From: Eledone cirrhosa
Taxonomy: Eukaryota
Reading direction: 5' to 3'
DNA length: 64,000 bases
Assembly: GCA_964016885.1 (NCBI GenBank)
Contig: OZ024747.1
Location: 3,100,001-3,164,000 of the forward strand
Under the pieces are notes generated by a model. The model ran no database searches, was not told where the DNA came from, and was given only the letters and a program-made list of their open reading frames with translations. Below are positions 1-11,764 of this stretch, piece after piece. How positions within the stretch are numbered: the first letter of the stretch is position 1; every line of letters begins with the position of its first letter. Made by a program: the position numbers and the translations under genes.

Positions 1-149
1 TATATATGTGTGTGTGTGTGTGTGTGTGTGCATACTGTATCATCCAAAATAAATCCAATAGAAGTAAAATTATAGTTTCAACTTTTAATCTGCTCCTAAC
101 ACATTTATATGTATTTTGTTACACTCTTTATACACATGTATATCATACA

Positions 150-253
150 CTATTCACTTCCCTGACATTTGTACATTACCCTATGCACTATACACGCACC
201 TTTGATGAGTTGTAGTGCACCTGAGCACTGTACACAATAATTTCATTATTATT
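150..253 (+). mobile_element. 3' tail fragment of a CR1-type LINE
   Basis: Matches 36140-36253 (TTTGATGAGTTGTAGTGCACCTGAGCACTGTACACAA...CATTATTATT). Confidence 0.75.
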
Positions 254-1053
254 AGAACTCTAACTGAAATGGTCAGACTAATTTGCATGTTATCCATATA
301 TTGTCTATATCCATATTTATGTTGAAAATGATTAGAACTTAGAAACTCTAAGATAATTTCCTGTATCTTCCTGTGATATGTTAACATATGTACATAGAAT
401 ACTTAAAACACTTTACATACAGAGTTATTTCATGTTATTAGTGGATCTATTATTATTATTTAGTTTTTGCTCTTGAAATACAGAATAAACAGCCCAACCC
501 CCAAAATACTTATAACAATATGATAGAACTAAATTATCTTGTATTAAAGTAACCAGCATTTTTTCTTATGTGTATATATATGTATATGTATATGTGTGTG
601 TATGTGTGTGTGTGTATGTATATATATAAATATATGTTTGTATATATTTGTATATATATAAGTATGTATGCACATATATATGTGAGTGTGTGTGTGTACA
701 TATGTATGTATGTGGAATGTGGTAAATAATTTCAAACCATACCCTACATGATGTGTCTTAGTAAGTAAATTTATTCAAAGTCTGGATTAAGCATCAATAT
801 CAACTCCAACTGTCAATTTGCAGCATCTTTTCGGATCATCAAGTAATAACAATGACATTAATCTACCTTGATCCTCTGAATGTTGAAATCATTATTTCAA
901 CATTCATAGAATCAAAGTGGATTCACATCATTGATCTGAAAACATGATGAAATTCAGAATTGTAATTGAAATTGATGTTTAATCCAGCATTTGAATAAAT
1001 TTATATATACGTGAATATGTAGGTGTGTGTTCTGTTCTGTGTGGGTATCCAAG

Positions 1054-1110
<57 letters not shown>

Positions 1111-1439
1111 ATATATATATATAGATATAGATATAGACCCCGTTAAGGGTTAAAGCAGCGATTCTTTACTTAAACTTTAATCTGTTATTTTAATAAATAT
1201 TTGCTCTAGGTTTCTTATATATTTGATATATATTTATCCTTATCGAGCCCTGTTTGGATTTTAGTCTTCACATTTATTATTATTACTATATTTATATATA
1301 TATATGTAGTTTGGCCCCAATGGTTGAGCTCTTGTCATTTCAACAGCAAATTCCATTGCTGAACAATGGTCTTATTTGTTTAAACTAGTAAAATGCTGAT
1401 ATTTCTCTTTCTCTCTCCCTCTCTCTCTCTCTTTCTCTT

Positions 1440-1507
<68 letters not shown>

Positions 1508-1771
1508 ATATATATTAGTGTGTATGTGTATATGAATGTGTGTGTATAGTGAGGTTGTACTGACAAGCACTTGAGTATAATTGAAAGTGGTAGTTCATAA
1601 ATTTGGAGGCCATCATTTCCATATATTCCCAACTATTCCTGCAAATATATATTTAAATTTCACCATTCACTTCATAATAACAGAAGATTGAAAAATGCTT
1701 GCAATGTGTCGCAAAATAATCTTAATAATCTTAATACATATATATATACATACATTATATCCATGTATCTA

Positions 1772-1846
<75 letters not shown>

Positions 1847-2198
1847 TATATATACATATGTGTGTGTGATGGTGTATATATCTGAATGTGCACATATACA
1901 TTGCTGACACACTGTCATTCTATCTCTCCCTATATATGCATGTGCGCTTGTGTGTCTTACATATATATGTAGTAGCTTCATACATATATATACACATATC
2001 CATCATATCCTCTTGTTACAAGTAAAGTAATATATATTTCATTTAATACCTATTCACATATAACACATTTCTTGCAATCCTTCAGCAGTCTGTATATCTA
2101 AGATAGAGAAAATTTAATATTGCTTCTTTTATGTAAATATTTATAGATGTTATATTTGCAAGATTAGACACAAGGAAAATTATGCCAGTTTTAATATC

Positions 2199-2266
<68 letters not shown>

Positions 2267-4028
2267 ATGTATATATACACATATGAAGGAAGCTTTTATT
2301 TCTGGCAGTATTTGTGTATTGAATGATAAATTAGTTTAAAGAAAGATGAAAACTGACAATTTGTGATGTTGTATTGGTTTTATGTCTGAGAATTTTATTC
2401 ACTAAAGATTAAGAGAAAATATTGATGTCTTTTCTTTAGAAATTTCAACTAATTTTTCCTGTAATCAATAGGTCAGTTATTGAACAAAGCCACACATTTC
2501 ATTGATCACGAGGAATATGTTTGGCTTCAAAATGAGAGGAAAAATTGAGAAAATATTTAATTAGTCTAAAAAAGAAATATAACTCAATTTATTTTTAAGA
2601 TTTGTTTTACACTGTTGTATTATAAATTCTTTTTGTTACTCCCATCAAAATTCAATTAAAGTTTCAACAGAGGAATACGTTTTTTGTGGTTTGGTTTATC
2701 TCAGATATAATTAAATTAGACTTTCTTTTTCTTCATTTATTTAGTGTTTGTGACTGTTTATACATTTTAGTTATTTTCTTTAGTTTGTTTTTATTTTTTT
2801 TTATTTTCTCTGAAGAAGTATATGTGGAATACAAGAACCAGAGTCTAGTATTGTTCTTCATAACAGTAAAAGCTTTTTCAATAACACTTTTCTTTCTATT
2901 TTTGAATTATTATTTTCCTCATGAAATGCTAGAATTATAATTATCAAGAACTAAAAATGGAACATGGAAACCTTTTGTTCTGGAACATTTATTTGTAAAA
3001 AAAAAAAAGAAAAATGAAACAAAGAAAGAAAATAGATCTTTTCTTTGTAAATAATAGAACAACAACAGAGAAAGAGTAAAAGAAAGAAAGAAAGAAAGAA
3101 GAAATGAAAGAGAATGTGGAAGATGTGCCAAATATTGACACAATGGAATAAAACCAATTTGGTGACAATTTTAATTTGTCATAATGATATACCCAAGAGC
3201 AAAACAATCTAGAACAATAATAGAATAAACTTGATGAACCAATAATGATATAAATAAAATTTGTTTTGTCTGATTCCTCTCTTAACAATTATTTTTTAAA
3301 ACAGTCTTTTGTGGATTGCTGTTTGTCATAATATAAGACTAAAAGAATTTATGAAATATTTTTGAACAAAGGAAATAAATTTCCACTAATTTTTGAAGTC
3401 ATATCACACCTATTTCCTGCAACATTGTACTAAAGATAAAGATCGGTTATAAATATGATTCAGTACTTATAATGATGATGATGATCATCATGATTATGAT
3501 CGTCATCATCATCATCATCCAATGCTATGCCTCATCTATCTTTCCTCAGCCACAATTATTTCTATTTCTGCACATAGGAACTGATGAGGAAAGAGTGTTA
3601 TATTCGATTCTTCAATTGGCACAATGCTATGATCATAGATATTTCTAAGAACACTGGATTATGATTGCTTCTTTCCATGAATAGAACAATAAAATTGGCA
3701 TTAATCTACACATAAAACACTGAAACAAGATTAGAAATGAAATAAAATGCTTAATCACTGCTAATTAATATATTTACATTTAATACATTATTAATACATT
3801 TTTAATTACAATTATATATATATAGAGTCTTTTTGATGTTTCATCAGAGTCTATTTTGGTGAAACTTCAAAGACACTTAATTGTTACTTTACACATGTAT
3901 TGAGTTCTTTATTTAGGCAATGTTTGCTGATTTTATTCATATATAAGTACTCACTTTCTAACTACATATATATATGTGTGTGTGTGTGTTTGTGTGATAG
4001 AGAGAGATACTGTCTCTCTTCTTTTTTC

Positions 4029-4059
<31 letters not shown>

Positions 4060-4266
4060 TGCAAGTCATTTTTGTAAAACAAAAAAAAAAAAAAACTAAC
4101 AACACATGATGAAATTGGAATCCTTCTTTACAACAAATTTATAAATATTTTCTTTATTTTTTCTTAATTTTCATTTCAGATACACTATCCAATTATTTTC
4201 AGGAAAAAAAAAAGGTTTTGACTTCAAGATATTTTCCACAGATGGAACACCCACAATAAAATAAAC

Positions 4267-6663
4267 ATGAAATTTGAATTATGCATACTTCTCTTTTCTT
4301 TAGCTACATCTCTATGTGTAAATCTTACTTATTATGTTAAAGATGGACAAGCTGCAAATTCATTTGTTGCTAACATTGCTGCTGATGCACAGTTGTGGGA
4401 CAATATGATAAATAAATATAAAAATTTCATTTGGTTTAGCCAATTGCCAGTGGAAAAAACTGACAGTTCCCAGTTGTTTAATATTACGAAGACAGGGAAA
4501 CTTTATACTGCTAAAACACTGGATGCTGAAAGTCTATGTAAATATAATGCAGAATGTTTTAGAATGGTGGATGTTGCAATTCACAAACAAGAATATTTTC
4601 TTAAAGTTTTAGAAATAAAAATTGTTATTCAAGATGTTAATGAACATCATCCTGAATTTCTAAATAAAAATATACATCTAGAATTTTCTGAAGGTGATCG
4701 AGAAGGAATGATGAAAGCCTTACCAAATGCCATAGACAAAGATATAGGATTACAATATTCACAGATAACATATTTACTAAAGGACAATAATAGTAACCAT
4801 TTCACATTATCAGTATCCAAAAATATGGATGGTACTTCTAAACTTGGTATTGTTTTACAAAAGAAACTTGACAGAGAAATAAAAGATTCTTATCAACTTC
4901 AAGTTTTTGCAAAAGATGGAGGGCATCCACCCAGAGAAGGTATACTCAATCTCCAAATATCAGTTCGAGATGAAAATGATAATTCCCCAGTCTTTTCTCA
5001 AAATATTTACAATGTATCAATCAAAAGCGGCTATCAAAGATCAAGACCTATAGTTACTCTAACTGCAACTGATAAGGATTTTGGTGAAAATGGTAAAGTA
5101 ACATATCAATTCAGTTCCAAAACATCAGAGAGTGCTAGAGCCTATTTTAAATTAAATGAATCAACAGGAGAAATCTGGCAACTGCAAAAGTTCCCATCAG
5201 GTTCAAAAAAGACATACAAGTTGTTTGTTAAAACAAAGGACAAAGGTAATCCATCATTGAGCTCAGTTGCTATGGTTTTAATCAATATAAATAGCCAAGA
5301 GAACAATCCACCTGATATAGATGTAAGCTTTATTTCAAAATCAGAAGGAAATTCACCAACTATTTCAGAGGGAGTAAAAGTTGATAGCTTTATTGCTTAT
5401 GTAAAGGTTACTGATAACGATGTTGGAGAGAATGGTGAAATTAGCTGTTACCTTCATCATGATCAGCTACAGCTTAAGAGTCTTGGCAGAAAGAAGTATA
5501 AGCTGATAATTAAGAAACGGATTGACAGAGAAACAAAGAACAATATTGATTTCACAATAATTTGTCAAGATAGAGGAATACCACCTTTAAAAACAGTCAA
5601 ACGGTTCTCTATTCAAGTAGACGATGTTAATGATATTCAACCAAAGTTTATTAAAGAAGTATTCAAATTTTTTACGTATGAAAATGAAGAAACAAATTTT
5701 CCTGTTGGTTTCATTAATGCTACAGATGGTGACTTGGATTCAGGTGGTAAACTTATGTACTATTTGGAAAACAGCAAAGCGACACATGCATTCAAAATAT
5801 CTCATTTAGGTTTTATTTCAACTACACAATCTTTAGACCGTGAGCAACAAGAAATATATAAATTCAAGGTTTTTGTGAAAGACAATGGAATACCACCACT
5901 AAATAATGAAGCAAGTGTTGTCATTGAAGTAATGGATAAAAATGACAATGCACCATACTTTACATTTCCTAGCGTTAACCCTTTCAATCTAGATGTCCAT
6001 TACCATCCTCAGAGTAAGAGTGACATTACAACATTAAGAGCTTCTGACAGAGATAGCCATGTAAATTCATTTCTCAGCTATGAAATACTTGGAGGCAATG
6101 ATAAACAATTATTTAAAGTTAACCCTTACACAGGAGTGTTGTCTTTCTCTCGTACAGTTTACCAAAATGATGCTGGATCATATAATCTAAAATTAGCTGT
6201 CAAAGACAATGGTACACCAGTTTTATCAGCCACAACTACATTGTCTTTGACACTAACTGTTAGTAATACAACAGCCAGGATGTACACATCTGAAGACACA
6301 GAATCAGACAACAGAATACATATTAATTTGATGATTATTATAGTAGTAGCAGCAGTGATAGTTTCTGTTGCTATTGTAGTTTCTGTGATTGTTTGTGTTG
6401 TCCACAAACGGAATGTAAAAGAAAACCATTATGGTGCTGCCCAAGACTATGTTGGTGAAAGACGACCATCAGGATATGTTTGTGAACAAGGATCACCAAA
6501 ATATGATGTTCCTGTAGGAATTCTATCAGATCAAAAACAAGTTAGAAATTCTCAAACAAGCTTATTAAGAAGAGACCCTCATTCAATATATAAGCCTGGA
6601 CAGAGCTGGAAGGGGTCATCATCTGGAGTACACTTCCAAAATATAACACCAGAGACATATCAA
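4267..6663 (+). CDS. Pcdh: Protocadherin A, large coding exon 1 (signal peptide, EC1-EC6, TM, proximal cytoplasmic tail)
   Basis: The 809-aa ORF has a signal peptide and six cadherin repeats (LDAE/LDRE/IDRE; DVNEHHPEF, DENDNSPVF, DVNDIQPKF, DKNDNAPYF). It also has the protocadherin EC1 Cys-X5-Cys (CKYNAEC) and a TM helix LMIIIVVAAVIVSVAIVVSVIVCVV. A phase-0 donor CAA|GTAAGC follows 6663, at the same position as in the paralog. Confidence 0.97.
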
Positions 6664-8415
6664 GTAAGCACATTTAAATTTATTTCCTGTTCATAATTTA
6701 TACACTTCAGGATATTTCCCATAGAGATCATGAAATATTTGAAGACCTTTATTTGCTTAGGACATTAAATATTCATGATTTCCCTTCTGGATTAATAATT
6801 TTAAGAGAGAAAAAAAGCATTAATAAACCATTAGGGAATTATTTGCTGGAAATTATGGTGTGGCTAATATATCATTCAGCTGATCAGTATATTCAGTGAA
6901 GAATCAGCTCCAAATGTGACAGATGGGAAACAAATAGCTACAGCAGATTTATAAAAGAAGTGTAGAATATAACAGAAATTAACGTTTCCCCAGAGAATAA
7001 TTTGATAATAATAACTGTGCATATAAAAAGATAATATAATGATATGTTCATAATATAAGCTGAATGGGAAAATGTGCCCTACTTTTTGCTATGTATATAT
7101 ATATATATGCATTTCAATATGACTATGCTTTATCACAGATAGTTCATTAATAGATTCATTTTGAATTTATTTCAAAAGAATATTATGATAACATTATATT
7201 TTATTTGAAAGCAAAATATATTTGATGTAATAGCTTTTATAATAGTGTAGTAGCATTACAGAATGCTATTGGAGTTAGCAAATAATTTACTGGATAGCAA
7301 GCTAGACAACAACCTAAAACACAAGTGACATAGATAATTAAATATAATTAATTTTCATTAAATACACAAAAGCTTTTTGATGAACAAATTTGGTTAATAT
7401 TAAATAGTAGATAGAGCACTCCCAAAATGTGAAGCCTTATGCCTATGTTAGAAATCAATATTAAACACTAATAGTAGAATGTTCTTCAGCAAATGATGGG
7501 AGTTACAGATAATGAAGAATAATGTTTTACACAAACTATGTTGATGAGAGAAAAATCAGATGCTGATGCTGCACACTCAAATGCACAATTCTATTATATC
7601 CATCAATTAGAAGCAAAGGGAAACGGTATCTTCAAATGTTCTGTGCTTAGAGTAATTTCAGTGTATACCTAATTTAATAAAATAGTTTTTAGAAATATAA
7701 AAGATTTGGTGGAAATTGTATTTAGACCCTAAATTAAGTCTTGCCCATAGCATTACTTTGTGTGCATAGACAGTGAACATTGCTGAACTAAATCTAGATA
7801 AATTTGATACCATTTCAAGTTGAGTGGGTGATATTAGAAAACTCATTTGTTACTGAAACACTAACTTCACATCTGCACATTAAGGATATATCAGAACCAT
7901 TCACTTTTCACTAGCTTTTAAAATCAGATAGAAAAACTGTCAATATAATAAGATATGATTGTGATTTGGAATTTTTCTTTTTTTTAAAAGTTAAAATCTA
8001 AGTTAAAAATGATTGCTATAGCATTATTGTAGATTCTAAAATGAATAAAGATTATTATAAAGACTTCTTTTTTATGAGGATTATATGAACTACTTACACA
8101 ATTTAATTTGATTTTAAACAAAGGCAGTGTCAACAGTATGTAGGTTGAAAATATGTAATGTACTTTAAAATAGAAAACTGTGGGCAGGATAGAGAGAAAA
8201 CTGAACAAATGCAAAAGAAAATGTTTTTATGTGATCCATTTTGACGCTGGTTGTAAGAAGGTTGAAATAAAACTGGATTAAAAACTGAAATACAACTGAT
8301 CATTGGTCATTGCAAGATAAAGATATTTAAATAATTAAATGTTGTATTTGCTATTGAGAGAGAAAAGATTGTATCCATAATAGATTTCATAAATCTCAAA
8401 GACTATCATAAAAAT

Positions 8416-8610
8416 CATCATCATCGTCATCATCATTTTACGTCCGCTTTTCCCTGCTTGCAAGGGTGGGATGGGTTCTATTCAGCATAGCATCTCTCCA
8501 CTTGTCATGGTCCTTCGTCATCTCCTCCATGTGCTTCAGTGATCTGAGGTCTGCTCTCACCACCTCCGCCCATGTTTTGTGTGGTCTTCCTCCACTGTGT
8601 CTTCCTTCTA
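8416..8610 (-). mobile_element. RTE LINE 3' end fragment
   Basis: Reverse complement of the 32990-33177 tail (CCCACCCTTGCAAGCAGGGAAAAG-GGACGT..(ATG)n). Confidence 0.75.
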
Positions 8611-8994
8611 TAAGTTATATGAGCAGCTGTTTACAGCTAGTTTGAACAGAAAGAGGTAAAAGAATTCTGACTGGATATGGCTGATTTAAATGCTGAAGGG
8701 TTAATATTTCAAGAAACGTAGAAGTGTAATTCCAATTCTTAGAATTAAGACAAGTTATTACTTAACAGATTTTAACTTAGAGTGAACCAGATAAAAGAAA
8801 GAAAAACTAATATTTTTCATGTTTTCACAACATTTAAATAGATTTTAATATTTAGTTTATAGTCTTTATGCCATTTGTCTGAAGCTATATATGTTTTTGT
8901 ATTTTCAATTTTGTTGAGGATGGCTGGTTAGCTATCAGAAATGGTTGAGCTTTGGAATATCAGGTAATATCTTTTCATTGCCTGAGTTTAGCTT

Positions 8995-9216
8995 TTAAGC
9001 ATTTACATTACTCTATATTTGCTATTGTATTTTCACAATAAACACTTTATTTCACGTAATTATCTCACATAATATCGAAGCTACAAGAATTTGATATTAT
9101 TTATTTTGAGAACAATACCTTAACATCACTATGAGTAGCCAGTTATAGCTGGTTTGACCAGAAAAAGGTGAGAGAATTCTGGCCAGATACGGCCGGTTTA
9201 AATGCTAAAGGGTTAA
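8995..9216. mobile_element. TTAA-flanked piggyBac-like MITE
   Basis: Ends TTTAAATGCTAAAGGGTTAA. Same family as 14619-14850 and 56950-57755, with a partial copy at 8620-8704. Confidence 0.65.
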
Positions 9217-9320
9217 ATCCAGCCATTTTCACCTTTACTTTTACTTCTTGGAATGTATCAATAAAATATATTAGGATCAACTAAACCATCTAAATAAATT
9301 CTATTATTAATTTTGAGTTT

Positions 9321-9512
9321 GTGGATTGGCGGTGGATTGGCAGTATTGGTAGAGGGTCGGACGCCATGCTTTGACGTATAGAGTTACGGCCCTTGCCATT
9401 CTGAGTTCAAATCCCGCCAAGGTTAATTTGCCTTTTATCCTTACGTGGTCAATAAAATAAAGTACCAGTAATGCACTGGTTAATTGCTGGCCTTGTGCCT
9501 AACGTAGAAACA
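9321..9512 (+). mobile_element. tRNA-derived SINE, family 1
   Basis: A box TGGCAGTATTGG, B box GAGTTCAAATCC and body GCCTTTTATCCTTACG..ATAAAATAAAGTACCAG. An 18-bp TSD ATTATTAATTTTGAGTTT lies at 9303-9320 and 9513-9530. Confidence 0.9.
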
Positions 9513-9568
9513 ATTATTAATTTTGAGTTTATTTCTTGTCAAATGAAATTTTGTTATATTTGATACAG

Positions 9569-9746
9569 GGAAACTTGATGCAAGGTAACCCTCAAGAGTT
9601 TTCAGTGACACGTTTTATTGGTAAAGATCAACAACATATGCTTATGTCCCCTGACCGTTTCAGTGAGATGTCAACAATGTCTTCTGTAACTGACAGTGGA
9701 CATGGTTGTAGTGATGCAAGCACTGCACATTATGAAACATTACCTG
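9569..9746 (+). CDS. Pcdh: Protocadherin A coding exon 2 (cytoplasmic, CM1-like motif SEMSTMSSVTDSGHG)
   Basis: Acceptor TGATACAG|GGA and donor CCTG|GTAAGT. It is in frame with exon 1 (phase 0 in, phase 1 out), and a near-identical exon is present in the paralog at 58125-58293. Confidence 0.9.
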
Positions 9747-11470
9747 GTAAGTTATTTTTTATATACTTTCTTGAATTTTGGATTATGTATATGAAGGATT
9801 AATTTGCTAAGTTGGATTACAATACAAGTATAAAATCAAACAAGAGAAAGCGTAGGGTATATGTTTGAGAAATATCTGCAGATATATTAATGTCTTTGGT
9901 TGCTGCGTTACAAACATTTCTGAGTCCACAGAATAGTTATTTTGGAGCTAGTTTAAGAAACATCTATTCAAGTTACTCATCAGCTTCAACATTTTTTGCT
10001 TGCCAAAAGTGTAAATTTTCAAGAACACTGATTTGTTTATCTCTAACTTTATTTTCCATGAAAGTGACATTAATTTGGAGGTGGTTTTGATACATGTGTG
10101 GCACATGGACTTGAAATTGAGAAACAAAGACATGTATTTATGTATAATTATGGGTGTGTGTGTATTTTGCCATTAGTAACAGCAATGAACAAAATGTTAT
10201 TTGTTAGTTATACGCATAGTACAAATAAAGTTTCTGCAAAGGTATCCTCAAACCCAAGACCTTGAGTGAACTCCACTAAAAGTACCCACAACCAAGTGGT
10301 AGTCTTGAACTGGGCAACAGTTTAAGTCTAATATTCAAGTAGACCACAATGGAATTTGAACTCAGAACGCAAAGAGCTGGAACAAATACTGCATGACATC
10401 TTGTTCAACACTCTGACAATTCCACTAACTGACCATTCTGGTGGATACTTCATTTTATCAGCTTCTAAAGGAGGAATAGTTAAGTTGATATTACTGGGAT
10501 TTGAACTCAAAGTACAGACTGCCAGAATACAGAGAGCCAGGTTGACAATGTTTGACATAGATAAAATTTGAGTTTCTTTATATTTAGGGACACCAACCCT
10601 ATCTCTTAGGTGCAACGGAATGGAAAATGAGATATTGTGGTATTTATGCATTTCCCAAGGACATTAACAGTGTATTGAAATTGATTTTTTACATTTCTTA
10701 ATGCGTTTAAATTAAGAAGTAAAAGTTGGCATTCACAATTAGATTTCTTCATCTAAGAGAAGTAAATCTATTAAAAGATATTAAATTGAAAGTTTCCCCT
10801 TAAATGACTTGATTAACTCTAGCATTAAATGAGAGATTAATTCGTATGTTACAAAGGAATGCAATTGAATGAGCACACAGTGTGATTTCACGCCTCAGTA
10901 ATTGTTCCTTGCAACACCTATGAGAACTCTCATTTCAATTTCCGAATGATAAAGCAATAAAAGAAAAGAATACACAGGAAAAGAAAACAGACTCTAGTGA
11001 GGTTTCACTAGATAGCAATAGAATGTGAACAATAGTTACTAGGGGTAGCAGGATGGAAATGATGAGAAGCTGCTTGCTACATTGTCACATCTAATCTATG
11101 TGTTGTACAGTTATTCTCAATGAAATTTTAATTGGCGTTTCTAAACTGGCACTTGTCTAATCAAGAATATTTCTCTATGTAACGTTTGTATCTGTATTGC
11201 TTATATACTCATGTTCAGGAAATAATGCATTTCATTCGTTTTCTTTTTCTCTTTCTTTCTTTTTTTTTTTTCGCTTTTCCCATGGAATGATGCAAATAGT
11301 TTGTTTTCTTCTTTTCCTCTGAAAATAACTCATTTTATACACATTAATTATCAGAAAAGTTTCAATATATTCCTCACGCACAATACTTTCTTTATGTTGC
11401 TTTTCTATTCATCATAAATTATTCTAATGTTTGCTTACTGCCTCTCTTATCCTCTTCTGTCTCTGTACAG

Positions 11471-11508
11471 ATGTGATTTGTGATCAATCTTCACTTAATC
11501 ATCAATGA
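11471..11508 (+). other. Candidate alternative short terminal exon of PcdhA (D-VICDQSSLNHQ*)
   Basis: Strong pyrimidine tract and CTCTGTACAG acceptor in intron 2. A phase-1 join reads 12 codons to TGA, and ATTAAA follows at 11557-11562. Confidence 0.45.
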
Positions 11509-11680
11509 ATTAATTGTTTAATAATTATTTAGTTGTTTATTAGAAATCTATTCTGGATTAAAATCAACAGTAAAATCCATAGGAAGTTGTACTGGAAAAA
11601 AATTAATTCAACCCATGCAGGCATGGAAACTTGGATGTAAAATGTTGATAATTGGTGAATATATATATATATAATGTATG

Positions 11681-11727
<47 letters not shown>

Positions 11728-11764
11728 ATGATGATGATGATGATGATGATATATATATATATAT

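Noticed and set aside
3581-3615. CTGATGAG as a second hammerhead core (also degenerate candidates near 33880, 42425 and 43120)
   Set aside because: No correctly placed GAAA/NUH with closing stems.
5026-5088. S/N and E/K paralog differences as genomically fixed A-to-I edits
   Set aside because: Only two A/G sites, which are indistinguishable from ordinary transitions without RNA data.
9691-9712. beta-TrCP phosphodegron (DSGHGCS)
   Set aside because: The spacing is non-canonical and the motif is already explained as the CM1-like protocadherin motif.
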